Part shown: piece after piece, positions 53,587 to 63,588 of the stretch
Layout of the letters: every line of letters begins with the position of its first letter
How positions within the stretch are numbered: position 1 is the first letter of the stretch
Source: Parcubacteria group bacterium
GTDB taxonomy: Bacteria; Patescibacteriota; Minisyncoccia; JACPHC01
Assembly (NCBI GenBank): GCA_016188775.1
Contig: JACPHC010000007.1
Coordinates: 28,097 to 92,096, forward strand
Direction: 5' to 3'
DNA: 64,000 bases
Notes under the pieces: generated by a model
Told to the model about the DNA's origin: nothing
Database searches by the model: none
The model's input: only the letters and a program-made list of their open reading frames with translations
Made by a program: the position numbers and the translations under genes

Positions 53587-56500
53587 ATGGAAAGTATATT
53601 AAGTTCCAGAATGAAAAAAGGGATTTCAAAAATCTCTTCAATCGTTCTGACTTTGACTACTACCATTTGGCTGTCGGGCCTTGCTGCCTTGATGCCAGTG
53701 GCCGTAGTTCACGCGGTTCATACTCCCGCCACCGAAAGTTTCACCTTCAAGAAAACGCTTAAATTCGGTTCGCGGGGCACTGATGTAACCGAACTCCAGC
53801 AAATCCTGATTGACGAAGGATTTCTGGATATAGACGAGCCAACTGGATATTATGGAAGTTTAACAAGAACGGCAGTTATGGATTTACAGGAAGAAAATGA
53901 TTTGCCGAGAGTTGGCGTAGTTGGTCCGTTAACTCGCGCGATATTAAATGATGTTCTTGAAGGAGGAACGGCCACTCCGGCTCCGGCTCCAACTCCGACT
54001 CCGACTCCGACCGCGACAGTTCTCGGAGTAAAAGTAGCTTCAGACACTCCGGCAGCCGGACCGGTGGCTAAAAACTCGCAAGATGTTTCAATGACAAAAT
54101 TAGATTTCACCGCGGGTGATTCAGATGTCACTATTTCATCTTTGAAGGTGACTCGAAGCGGTCTTTCCGCCGACTCAGATGTTTCTAACGTCAAATTATG
54201 GTGGAAAGGCGTTCAAATTGGTTCAACTCAAGCTCTTTCAACCACTACTCACACAGCGACCTTTACCGGTCTTAATGTGGTAGTCGCGAAAAACACGACT
54301 GAATCAATTTTGATCAGCGCTACTATAGCGGCTAGCCCGACCGTTGGCGACACTATTGTTCTTGGTATTGCCGCTCAAGGCGATATCACTTCAACGGTAG
54401 CGTTTTCAGGCACTTATCCTTTAAATGGTAATGCTAAAACAACTGCCGGCATTTCCGTCGGTCAGCTCGATGTTGATAAACAAACAACTCCGGCCGCGGC
54501 CACTATTCTTTCCGGCGCTACCGATCAGTCTATTGCGGCTTGGAAATTCGCGGCCAATGCCACTGAAGGATTTAAGGTTCAGAAAGTCAAAATTACCAAT
54601 ACCGGTTCAGCGGTTCCTGCTGATGTTTCTAATTTGAAACTGAAAATCGGCGCTGACGTGGTCAGTCCGACCGTTACCGCTTTAGGAGCGGATCAGACAG
54701 TCACCTTTGATCTTTCCGCCAGTCCGATTGCTATTACCGCCGGCACCAATAAGATTATCACCGCTTACGCTGATGTCGCGGCTGGAATCAATTCCGCCCG
54801 GACCATTATTTTTGAGATTACCAATGTCCAAGATGTGATGGCCACTGGCGATAATTCCGGCGGAGGCGTCACTATTACTCAATCAAGCGGCACCGCTTAT
54901 GTTAAACAGACCGGCGCTACTATGACTATTGGCCAGGGCACTTTAACTGTTGCTTTGGATACGGCGGTTAATCCGTCAAATAAGACTTATGTTAAGGGGA
55001 CCCCGGGCCGTCTTTTTTCCGCCTTTAAATTCTCAGCTGGTTCTACTGAAGGCGCTCGGATAACGGAAATTACCTTGACTCGGGTCGGCTCCGGCACAGC
55101 CACTGACCTTTCTAATATCACTTTGGTCAATAACGCCACTAACGCGGTTATTGCCACTGGCGGCAGTATTACCGGCAGCACGGTTAAATTCGGTCTTAAC
55201 ACTATTGGCTATGACGCCACTGGTTTGTTTGATGTGCCTGTTTCCGGCAATGTGACAGTTTTAGTTAAAGCTGACATTGCTTCAGGCGCGACTGCCACCG
55301 CGGTTGATAGTTTGGAGATTGCCGCTAATACCGATATTAAAGCTGATGGTCTGACTTCTAAATATGATATTGCCTCAGGCAGTATTACTGATAGCACTGG
55401 TTCGGGCAGTGAGGCCGACCATACCATTGGCGCTAAAGGCGACTTAACCGCCACTTTGTCAGCCAATGCTCCAGCCGCGGCTAATATCGTTAAAGGCGCG
55501 ACTGGTCTTAAATACGCCACCTTTACTCTAACGGCTGGCGATGGCGAAGATGTGGTTGTTTCCGGCTTGACTTTGACTCTTCAGAAATCAACTGGCACAG
55601 CCGCGGGTTCAGGCGACTTTACTAATGTTAAAGTTGTTAGAAGCGATAATAACGTTCAATACGGTTCAACTGTGGCTTCTCCGACCAGTTCCGCTTCATT
55701 CTCCGGTAATTTAGTGATTCCGGCCGGCACAGCCATTGATCTTCAAGTCTACTCCGATGTCCCGACTGGTTCCGCTTCTACCACCAGCCGCGTCACTATA
55801 AACGCCGCGGGCGATTTGACCTTGACCGGTTCTTCATCCAGCGCTTCAATTACCGCTGGCGGCACATACGCGATTAACGCTAACACAATGACTGTTGCTT
55901 CTGGCACGATTGTTCACGCTATGTTGGCTACTCCTCCGGCTTCCAGTTACGTAATCAATGCCGCCGGAGTAACTCTGGCTAAATTATCCTTGACTGCTGG
56001 CACGGCCGAAGATGTTAAAGTGACTACTATCAAGCTGACGGCCGCGACTTCCGGCGATACCGGATTTGTCGGCGCCAGTACTGCTCAGACTGATTTTGCC
56101 GATCTTAAGCTGGTTGACGATTCAGCCGGTACTAATATCTCTATCAGTCCGTCTGTCTTTACCGACGGCACTCCCGACACTATTACTTACACCGGTCTTG
56201 AATACACAGTGCCTAAAGGCATTCAGAAGATTATTCGAGTCGTTGGCACTGTTAAAGCCTCAACCGGAGTCTATATTATCGGTGTTAAAGCGAATGGCGA
56301 TGTTGTTGGTTCAGGTCTAACTTCCGGCGCTTCTATCAGCTCAACCGGCGGCACAGTTGCTTCTAAGAATATTACTATGACAACTGCCGGCTCTCTGGCT
56401 GTGGCTGATGGCGGCTCTCCGGTTAAAACTATTGTCGCTGTTGGAACTAGCGGCAAAACAGGCGTTGACTTTGCCAGAGTTAAGCTGACCGCCACTAATG

Positions 56501-57399
56501 AGGATATTAAGATTTCCAAGATTGTTATTACCAGATCTGGCGGCGCTAATGGAGATTTCTCCGCTGTTAAACTCTATGACACCACTACCAGTTCTACGGG
56601 TACGCAGATTGGTTCAACTATAAATTTTGTCGGCACTGCCACTACTGTTGATTTTAACTTCAATCCCGGATCTGAATTCGTTGTTACTAAAGACACGGAT
56701 AAATATATTACCGTCAGAGCCGATCTTAACGGCACTTCTACCGGTGCGGCTTCCAATGATCAGCCAATCTTGTCGCTTGCCGCTACCACTGACATCACTG
56801 CCACTGGTGTTGCTTCCGGATCGTCTTCAATCACTATTACCGGCACAGTCACCGGCAACGCTCAAGCCTTAGTCAAGGCTAAGCCGATTATTGAAAAAGT
56901 GGCCTTGTCAACTCTTGATATTACTCCGGGCGTTATGACTGTGTTTAAGCTCAAGATTACGGCTGATGGTGGCGATGTTAAATTCTTAAGTTCGACTGCT
57001 TCCAATAATATGAAATTTACCATCGCGCAGGCTGGAGGCACGACAACAACGAGAAATATCAAGATTGTCTTATCAACCGCTCCGGGCACTGTTTATGATC
57101 AAAACGCTAACAGCGCTACAACTGGAGCGGGCAACATTGATTTCACAACCGCTGGCACGGCCAACTTCGGATTTGAAGAAAATGAATTGACTGTTTTCTC
57201 CGGTACGCCGGTTACTCTTGATGTTCAGGCTGACTTGACCGATTACGCCACAGCCGGTGAATCATTCAGGCTTGATATAAATAATGCCAACACTGATCTT
57301 AGTTACAATGACGGAAGCGCGACAACCTCTGATATCAATTTGACAAGTTTCCTTGGTTATGGATTGCCAATTACCGGCGATACTGTGACTAAGAAATAA
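53587..57399 (+). CDS. Large S-layer-like surface protein (PG-binding domain + tandem Ig-like beta repeats)
   Basis: Signal region, GSRG.DV.ELQ..L..GY.G.LT PG-binding domain, PT linker, Thr/Gly/Ala-rich repeats. Confidence 0.75.
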   Translation: MESILSSRMKKGISKISSIVLTLTTTIWLSGLAALMPVAVVHAVHTPATESFTFKKTLKFGSRGTDVTELQQILIDEGFLDIDEPTGYYGSLTRTAVMDLQEENDLPRVGVVGPLTRAILNDVLEGGTATPAPAPTPTPTPTATVLGVKVASDTPAAGPVAKNSQDVSMTKLDFTAGDSDVTISSLKVTRSGLSADSDVSNVKLWWKGVQIGSTQALSTTTHTATFTGLNVVVAKNTTESILISATIAASPTVGDTIVLGIAAQGDITSTVAFSGTYPLNGNAKTTAGISVGQLDVDKQTTPAAATILSGATDQSIAAWKFAANATEGFKVQKVKITNTGSAVPADVSNLKLKIGADVVSPTVTALGADQTVTFDLSASPIAITAGTNKIITAYADVAAGINSARTIIFEITNVQDVMATGDNSGGGVTITQSSGTAYVKQTGATMTIGQGTLTVALDTAVNPSNKTYVKGTPGRLFSAFKFSAGSTEGARITEITLTRVGSGTATDLSNITLVNNATNAVIATGGSITGSTVKFGLNTIGYDATGLFDVPVSGNVTVLVKADIASGATATAVDSLEIAANTDIKADGLTSKYDIASGSITDSTGSGSEADHTIGAKGDLTATLSANAPAAANIVKGATGLKYATFTLTAGDGEDVVVSGLTLTLQKSTGTAAGSGDFTNVKVVRSDNNVQYGSTVASPTSSASFSGNLVIPAGTAIDLQVYSDVPTGSASTTSRVTINAAGDLTLTGSSSSASITAGGTYAINANTMTVASGTIVHAMLATPPASSYVINAAGVTLAKLSLTAGTAEDVKVTTIKLTAATSGDTGFVGASTAQTDFADLKLVDDSAGTNISISPSVFTDGTPDTITYTGLEYTVPKGIQKIIRVVGTVKASTGVYIIGVKANGDVVGSGLTSGASISSTGGTVASKNITMTTAGSLAVADGGSPVKTIVAVGTSGKTGVDFARVKLTATNEDIKISKIVITRSGGANGDFSAVKLYDTTTSSTGTQIGSTINFVGTATTVDFNFNPGSEFVVTKDTDKYITVRADLNGTSTGAASNDQPILSLAATTDITATGVASGSSSITITGTVTGNAQALVKAKPIIEKVALSTLDITPGVMTVFKLKITADGGDVKFLSSTASNNMKFTIAQAGGTTTTRNIKIVLSTAPGTVYDQNANSATTGAGNIDFTTAGTANFGFEENELTVFSGTPVTLDVQADLTDYATAGESFRLDINNANTDLSYNDGSATTSDINLTSFLGYGLPITGDTVTKK

Positions 57400-57479
57400 C
57401 TTGCTTGACTTAAAAATCTAGTTTCTTTGCCTAGTTTTTAAGCCTGATTTCTTCCCTTGATGGTTTAAACCTCAAGGGA

Positions 57480-57523
57480 GGATAATCAAAAGCCCTTGTT
57501 TTAACAAGGGCTTTTGATTATCC
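57480..57523 (+). terminator. Intrinsic terminator after the surface protein gene
   Basis: GGATAATCAAAAGCCCTTG..CAAGGGCTTTTGATTATCC. Confidence 0.7.
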
Positions 57524-57645
57524 AGATTTAAATTATTTTAAATTTTAATTCTAAATTCACGCTTCTACGGACGATCGTCGCTAAATGTGTAAATTTTTTA
57601 GAGTTTATTGACTTTAAACTTTCTACTTTGCTACAATTAATTTAA

Positions 57646-57864
57646 ATGAAAAAAACATCTTTAACTAACATAGTTTGGAAAGAAGGTAAATATTATGTTG
57701 CCCAATGTCTTAACGTTGACGTGTCAAGTTTTGGCAGAACAAAAGCCGAAGCTTTAAAAAATCTTGAAGAAGCGCTTGAACTTTATTTTGAAGATTTTTC
57801 CATTTCTAAAATTATTCGCGTAGAAAAGCCGGTTTTTGTTGAATTGTCTTTTTCAAATGCCTAA
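57646..57864 (+). CDS. hicB: HicB family antitoxin
   Basis: YVA.C....SS.G.T..EAL.NL.EAL.LY.E. Confidence 0.85.
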   Translation: MKKTSLTNIVWKEGKYYVAQCLNVDVSSFGRTKAEALKNLEEALELYFEDFSISKIIRVEKPVFVELSFSNA

Positions 57865-58095
57865 GTTTTATTCTTCTCGATACATCATTAAAGTCCTGGA
57901 AAAACAGGGCTTTATTTTTATTATGTATCCGCCGAATACCCCATCTCCCATAAGGAGACGGGATTGAGGCGGCGAGCGAAGCGAGTCTGAATCGAGCGAG
58001 GCAAGTTGGTCGAGCCGAGCGAGAACTTTTCATAACAAAGCATTATCACAATGCCGCGCCGCAAGCGGCGCGGATGCTTTATTTCTCAAACATGA
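57857..58095 (+). pseudogene. hicA: HicA toxin pseudogene (interrupted and truncated)
   Basis: MPKFYSSRYIIKVLEKQGFIFI-[element]-SQT*; GSH motif lost. Confidence 0.75.
57917..58083 (-). mobile_element. AATAAA-core miniature element, full copy
   Basis: TTTATT at both ends; reverse complement colinear with 19512-19695. Confidence 0.85.
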
Positions 58096-60257
58096 TAAAA
58101 AAAAATATATTAAAGAAAATTATTCGCTTGGGCGTGTATTTAATAATTTTTACCCCTCTTTTAGTTTTTTCTGCCACTATTTATCCTGCTTTGACCGGAA
58201 AAGTTGTTATTTTCCGTATTTTAATTGAAATTTTATTTATTTTTTGGCTTTTCTTGATTTTTTTTTATAAAGAATATCGGCCCAATTTAAAATCTCCGCT
58301 TTTTTTGTCAATTTTTATATTTATATCAGTTTCTTTTATCTCCGCTTTTTTAGGAATTAATCCTTGGCAAAGTTTTTTCAGCACTGCCGACCGTTTAATG
58401 GGTATTTTCACTTGGCTGCATTTTTTTGGTCTTTTTTTGATAATTTCAATTTTCTCTAAAGAGGAGCGGGAAAAATTTTTAAAACTTACCTTATTCGTCA
58501 GTTTTCTCGTTAGCCTTTCCGCGATTTATCAAAGAATTAATCCCGATTTTCTTTCTTTTGGCAGCAGCGAACGTCTGGCCGGCACTATTGAAAACCCGGG
58601 TTTTTTTGCCAGTTATTTAATTCCGCATATTTTTTTGGCCCTGTATTTTGTTTTTCAGAATTATTCCGCATCCAATATCTCAAATTTTATATTTTACATT
58701 TTTTATTCCCAATATTTTTGGCTTCTTCTTCTGGAATCTTTGATGTTGTTTTTTACCGGCACTCGGGGCGCGATTTTAGCTTTTGGATTTACTTTGATTT
58801 TATTAGTTTTTCTTTTTAGTTTTACGAGGCTAAGCCTCGTAAAAAGCGATTTTAAAAATTCGTTTCCGAAGTTTTTTAGACGTCCGGCATCTTTAATTTT
58901 GGCAGTTTTAATATTAATTTTTGCTCTAGGTTTTCTTTTTCGCCATCAACCGTTTTTTTATCAGATTCCATTTTTGAAACGTTTCGCCGGACTTTCTTTT
59001 AACGATCCGACAATTCAGACGAGATTTTTAACTTGGAAAATAGCTTTTAAGGGATGGCAAGAACGGCCATTTTTTGGCTGGGGTCCGGAAAATTTTAATA
59101 TTCCATTTAATAAATATTATGATCCGTCTTTTTTGAAATACGGTTTTCAAGAAACATGGTTTGACCGGGCGCATAATATCATTTTTGATAATTTAATAGC
59201 CGCCGGTCTTTTAGGTCTTATTAGTTATTTGGCTATTTTTTTCAGCGCTTTTTATTTGATTTTTAAATCAAAGGAATTTATAACTCAAAAATTAGTTTTA
59301 ATCGCCGGACTTCTCGCCTATTTTATTCAAAATCTTTTTATTTTTGATACCTTTGTCGGTTTATTGCCTTTATTTTTAGTTTTTGGTTTTATCAATACTC
59401 AATCCGTTTCCCGGCCTTTATTGGAATTATCCGGCAAAACCGGAAAAATTTTAAAATTATTTATTTTTTTTGTCGTCGGAGCATTAATTTTTACAGCCTT
59501 AGTTGTAAATTTTTCCACTTTTAAAAACGCTGTTAGTTTAAGAAACGCCATTTTAGCTGAATTGAAGAATAATTTTAATCTTTCCAGAAATATAACTAAA
59601 AAAAATTTAAGTTCTTTTTATCCTTATAAAGAAGAAACTGGCTTGCAATTTATGGCATTTATAAAACAATCTTTTGATAAAGGGTTAGATAGAGGAGAAG
59701 CGATTCAAGATATAAAATTAGCGGAAGATTTTTTTTCTTTAATCTCCTCCCGCCACAAAAAAAATTCGTTTTTATATTTCCAATATGGCAATTTTTTAAA
59801 TTCAGCCGCTAATTACGATAAAGCTTATCTCGCTAAAACCGATGAAGTGTTTAATAAAGCTTTGGAATTAAGCCCTCGGCGTCAGCAAATTCATCATTCT
59901 CTTGGAGTTAATAAAATAATGGAAGGAGAATATGAAGAGGCGATTTGGATATTTAAAAAATCCGCTTCTTTTTATAACGCGGCTCCCGATCCCCATTTTT
60001 ATTTAGGTCTTGCTTATTTTGCGATGAAAGACGAGAAAAACGGATTTGTTGAAATTGAGAAAGCCTTGGAATTCGGCTACACTGCGAAAACGCCGGAAGA
60101 AGGATTATATTTAGGGGATATTTATGAAAAAAATATTAATCTTCAAAAAGCCCTTTTTTTCTACGAATCGGCTTTATCGCTGGATCCGCAAAACAAAAAA
60201 ATTCAAGCCAAAGTTGAAACGATTAAAAATCAATTAAATAATGAAACTTCCAACTGA
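58092..60257 (+). CDS. O-antigen ligase/Wzy_C membrane protein with C-terminal TPRs
   Basis: GT.ENP, TGTRGA, R..TW, FGWGPENF, DRAHN. Confidence 0.85.
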   Translation: MIKKNILKKIIRLGVYLIIFTPLLVFSATIYPALTGKVVIFRILIEILFIFWLFLIFFYKEYRPNLKSPLFLSIFIFISVSFISAFLGINPWQSFFSTADRLMGIFTWLHFFGLFLIISIFSKEEREKFLKLTLFVSFLVSLSAIYQRINPDFLSFGSSERLAGTIENPGFFASYLIPHIFLALYFVFQNYSASNISNFIFYIFYSQYFWLLLLESLMLFFTGTRGAILAFGFTLILLVFLFSFTRLSLVKSDFKNSFPKFFRRPASLILAVLILIFALGFLFRHQPFFYQIPFLKRFAGLSFNDPTIQTRFLTWKIAFKGWQERPFFGWGPENFNIPFNKYYDPSFLKYGFQETWFDRAHNIIFDNLIAAGLLGLISYLAIFFSAFYLIFKSKEFITQKLVLIAGLLAYFIQNLFIFDTFVGLLPLFLVFGFINTQSVSRPLLELSGKTGKILKLFIFFVVGALIFTALVVNFSTFKNAVSLRNAILAELKNNFNLSRNITKKNLSSFYPYKEETGLQFMAFIKQSFDKGLDRGEAIQDIKLAEDFFSLISSRHKKNSFLYFQYGNFLNSAANYDKAYLAKTDEVFNKALELSPRRQQIHHSLGVNKIMEGEYEEAIWIFKKSASFYNAAPDPHFYLGLAYFAMKDEKNGFVEIEKALEFGYTAKTPEEGLYLGDIYEKNINLQKALFFYESALSLDPQNKKIQAKVETIKNQLNNETSN

Positions 60258-62427
60258 AAAAAAACTTATTCAAATTTCAGTCATTCTTATTTTTTTATCA
60301 TTATTCTTGCCATCATTTCGTTTTAAAAGTCAGCTTTTTATTCCTTTTAAGTCTTTGCTTTTTCAATTTTTTGTTAGTTTATTATTTTTGATTTATTTTT
60401 ATCTGACGCTTAATAATTCCAAATTTCGTCCTAAATTTTCCTGGTTAAACTTAGCTGTTATTTTATTTTTAATCTCTTCTTTAATTTCTTTATTTTTTGG
60501 GGTTAATCCGGAGAAAAGTTTCTTCGGAACTCTTGAAAGAATGGGGGGATTTCTCTCTCTTTTTTATTATGGCGTTCTCTTTTTTATTTTAAGTCATTTA
60601 TTTAAAGGAGAATACCAAGAAAAATGGCGAAAATTTATAAATTGGAGTTTAATCGCCGGCTTTCTCGCTGCTTTTTGGGGAATAGGACAATGGCTAAAAA
60701 TCTCTTTTTTATTTTTTGAAGGAGAACGGGTAAGCGGGCCGATCGGCAATCCGATTTTTTTCGCTGCTTATCTTCTTTTTATGGTATTTTTTAGTTTATT
60801 ATTTTTTTTGGAATCAAAAACAAAACAAGCAAAAATTTTATACAGCTCTGTTTTGATGATTTCTGTCTTCGCGATCATTCTTTCCGGAAGTCGGGCAGTC
60901 TCCCTCAGTCTTATTTTAGGGTTAATTTTTTTCAGCCTTTTTTACGCTTTTTTAACTCAAAATAAAAAAATAAAAAAAATTTCCGTCGCCGTCGCGATTT
61001 TTATTATTTTGATATTCGGTTCAATTTTATTTTTTAAAAATCAGCCTTTTATTCAAAATAATTTTTATCTTTCTCGATTAGCTCTCGGTTCTTTAAAAGA
61101 TTTTCGGAATCGGTATCTCGCTTGGCAGATCAGTTGGGAAGCTTTTAAAGAGCGGCCCGTTTTTGGCTGGGGCGAGGAAAATTTTAAAATCGCTTTTAAC
61201 AAATATTTTAGTCCAGCCTATTTTGACACGCCAACAGCGGAAGTTTTTTTTGATCGCGCCCATAATGTTATTTTTGATCGCTTAACAAGCATTGGAATCG
61301 TTGGCCTTTTGAGCTATCTTTTTATTTTTCTCGCTATTTATTTGACAGTTTTTCAATTAAAAAAAGGAAAAAAAATAAACGAAGGCCAATTTGTCATTTT
61401 TCTTGTTTTGCCCGCGGCGTATTTTTTGCAGAATTTTTTCGCTTTTGACACCTTCCCGACCTATCTTAAGTTTTTCTTTTTTTTAGCGTATTTAAATTCG
61501 TTTGTTTTAGGTGGCGAGCCCAAAAATAAATTTGAGTTTTTTAAAAAAATAAATTTTCCGTCTCAATATCGTCTTTTTATTTTTATTCCGGTTTCTTTTT
61601 TGATATTTTTCGCGATTTATAAATTTAATATTAAGCCGCTAATTTCAATTTTTTATTATGTTAAGTCTCAAAACGTCCAATTATTGCCAGAAGCGTTGAA
61701 ATACTACAAAAAATCCGTTTCTTTTAATACCTTCGCCAACGCTGACATTCATGATTATTTTTCAAGGCGGTTTTTTCAAAATGTCGCCAATGATTTTATA
61801 AAAACAAAAGAAGAGAAACAAAAATATCTTTTAATGGCCGAGGAGGCGATGCGAAAAGCCGCGATTCTAGACCCCCAAAATTCTGATTTTTGGCTGAAAT
61901 TAGCCGGAATTCAAATAATGCTTGTAGAAAATGACATTAAAGAAGGACTGGAAAGAGCGGAAATTTCTTTAAAAAAAGTTTTGGAATTAAGTCCAAATAA
62001 TTTGCCCGCCCTTCTTGATCTAGCGGAGGTTAAAAGACTTCAGGACCGGCCGGAAATATTTTTAGAGCTGGCAAAAAAGGGCGTAGCATTAAATTCGAAA
62101 TCATCCGTGGCGCATTGGTATTTAGCCGCGGCTTATATCGCGAATAAAAATGAAATTGACGCGCAAAAAGAATTTGATATCGCTTACGGTTCAGGCTACA
62201 AAGAGGATATTCGAGATTTAAGATATCTGGCGGGCATTTATCGAAAATTAAATCAATGGCAGAAAGTCGCGAAATTTTACGAAGAAATTATAAAAAAAGA
62301 TTCAACAAACGCGGATTTTTATCTGCGACTGGCTGAGGCTTATTATAATTTAGGAAAAATCGATCAAGCGGAGAAAATTTTTGAAAAAGCGAAAACGATT
62401 AATCTCGATTTGGAAAAAATAAAATAG
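60241..62427 (+). CDS. O-antigen ligase/Wzy_C membrane protein with C-terminal TPRs (paralog)
   Basis: G.IGNP, SGSRA, FGWGEENF, DRAHN, TPRs. Confidence 0.85.
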   Translation: MKLPTEKKLIQISVILIFLSLFLPSFRFKSQLFIPFKSLLFQFFVSLLFLIYFYLTLNNSKFRPKFSWLNLAVILFLISSLISLFFGVNPEKSFFGTLERMGGFLSLFYYGVLFFILSHLFKGEYQEKWRKFINWSLIAGFLAAFWGIGQWLKISFLFFEGERVSGPIGNPIFFAAYLLFMVFFSLLFFLESKTKQAKILYSSVLMISVFAIILSGSRAVSLSLILGLIFFSLFYAFLTQNKKIKKISVAVAIFIILIFGSILFFKNQPFIQNNFYLSRLALGSLKDFRNRYLAWQISWEAFKERPVFGWGEENFKIAFNKYFSPAYFDTPTAEVFFDRAHNVIFDRLTSIGIVGLLSYLFIFLAIYLTVFQLKKGKKINEGQFVIFLVLPAAYFLQNFFAFDTFPTYLKFFFFLAYLNSFVLGGEPKNKFEFFKKINFPSQYRLFIFIPVSFLIFFAIYKFNIKPLISIFYYVKSQNVQLLPEALKYYKKSVSFNTFANADIHDYFSRRFFQNVANDFIKTKEEKQKYLLMAEEAMRKAAILDPQNSDFWLKLAGIQIMLVENDIKEGLERAEISLKKVLELSPNNLPALLDLAEVKRLQDRPEIFLELAKKGVALNSKSSVAHWYLAAAYIANKNEIDAQKEFDIAYGSGYKEDIRDLRYLAGIYRKLNQWQKVAKFYEEIIKKDSTNADFYLRLAEAYYNLGKIDQAEKIFEKAKTINLDLEKIK

Positions 62428-62585
62428 TTATCCACATTGACACGATTTTTCAATATGAAATAATTAAAATAGAGCAGATGATTATTTACGATCTTTCAAA
62501 AAATAATGAGCGAGTCGTCATCGCTTGTTAAAATTAAAAAGTTTAAAACTTAAATTTAAAAATTTATGTTTTAAACAAAACCTAG

Positions 62586-62624
62586 ATGGCAGCCAAGAAA
62601 AAGGCCAAGAAGAAAAAGAAGTAA
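62586..62624 (+). CDS. Putative 12-aa Lys-rich peptide MAAKKKAKKKKK
   Basis: ATG..TAA with AAG codons, between TTGACA (62437) and a terminator. Confidence 0.5.
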   Translation: MAAKKKAKKKKK

Positions 62625-62631
62625 TTTTATT

Positions 62632-62667
62632 TCAACCTCTCCTAATAATAGGAGAGGTTGATTTTTT
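62632..62667 (+). terminator. Intrinsic terminator
   Basis: TCAACCTCTCCTA-ataa-TAGGAGAGGTTGA-TTTTTT. Confidence 0.8.
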
Positions 62668-62684
62668 ATTCTTTAAATTATAAT

Positions 62685-62730
62685 TTGACAAAAACTTTGA
62701 TACTACTTAGTATTAAAGAAAATGTTAAAA
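62685..62730 (+). promoter_or_regulatory. Promoter/operator of the TrpR-like gene
   Basis: TTGACA followed by the palindrome CTTTGATACTACTTAGTATTAAAG. Confidence 0.65.
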
Positions 62731-62782
62731 AATAAAATATAAATTGTATTAAATTAATTTTTTTTAAATATCCTAAATTTAG

Positions 62783-63313
62783 ATGGCTAAATTTTTAAAA
62801 AGGAATCGTTTAACCAAAGAAGAGCAAGAAAAAGCGGTGCTTACTCTTTGCCAGGCCTTGGTTGTTATTAAAGATTTTAATGAGGCGGCAAGTTTACTTG
62901 TTGATCTTTTTTCACGTCAAGAAATGGAAATGATAGCCAAACGTTTAATGATTGCTAAATTTCTTATTCAAGGGAAAAGTTACGATGATATTCGTCAAAA
63001 TCTAAAAGTGAGTCATGCTACTATCGCGAGGGTTAGCTCTTGGCTAGAACAATCCGGCGCGGGGTATCGTTTAGTGATTGAACGGTCAAAAAATTTAAAA
63101 TTATCAGAATTATCAAAAAGCAAGATTTCCAATTGGAGTCAATTGAGACGACGTTATCCTTTATATTTTTGGCCCCAGATTCTTCTTGAAGAAATAGTTC
63201 GTAAAGCGCAAAAAAGAGATCGAGATAAATTACTTAATACCTTAGATGTATTGAAAAAAGCGGGAGAAAAGAATCAACTTTTTAAACAATTAGAAAATCT
63301 TTTAAGAAGATAA
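62783..63313 (+). CDS. TrpR-related (YerC/YecD-like) transcriptional regulator
   Basis: DL.S.QE..MIAKRL.IA..L..G.SY..I...L.VS.ATIARV. Confidence 0.85.
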   Translation: MAKFLKRNRLTKEEQEKAVLTLCQALVVIKDFNEAASLLVDLFSRQEMEMIAKRLMIAKFLIQGKSYDDIRQNLKVSHATIARVSSWLEQSGAGYRLVIERSKNLKLSELSKSKISNWSQLRRRYPLYFWPQILLEEIVRKAQKRDRDKLLNTLDVLKKAGEKNQLFKQLENLLRR

Positions 63314-63336
63314 AATTTAATTATATTAATTATTAC

Positions 63337-63438
63337 ATTTTCTTTCATACTACGTAGTATGAAAGAAAATTTAATTTTGATTTTGAAACCCCCTGATGAA
63401 AATGAAAATTTCATCTAACGCCTTATTTTCCGTTTGTT
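63337..63438 (+). repeat. 34-bp perfect palindrome plus about 70 bp similar to 51347-51448 (inverted)
   Basis: ATTTTCTTTCATACTAC|GTAGTATGAAAGAAAAT..TGATTTTGAAACC..ATCTAACGC.TTATTTTC.GTTTG. Confidence 0.85.
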
Positions 63439-63588
63439 TTTCAAAACAGATTATCTCCATTACAATTTATGATGACAATTCAGCCGGAGTTATTACCTAT
63501 TAATTTGCCTCAGGAGTCCAAAATTGGGTGGCATTATGCATTGATTTGACATTTTATTATCATTTGTTAGTTTTAAATTTATCAAAAT

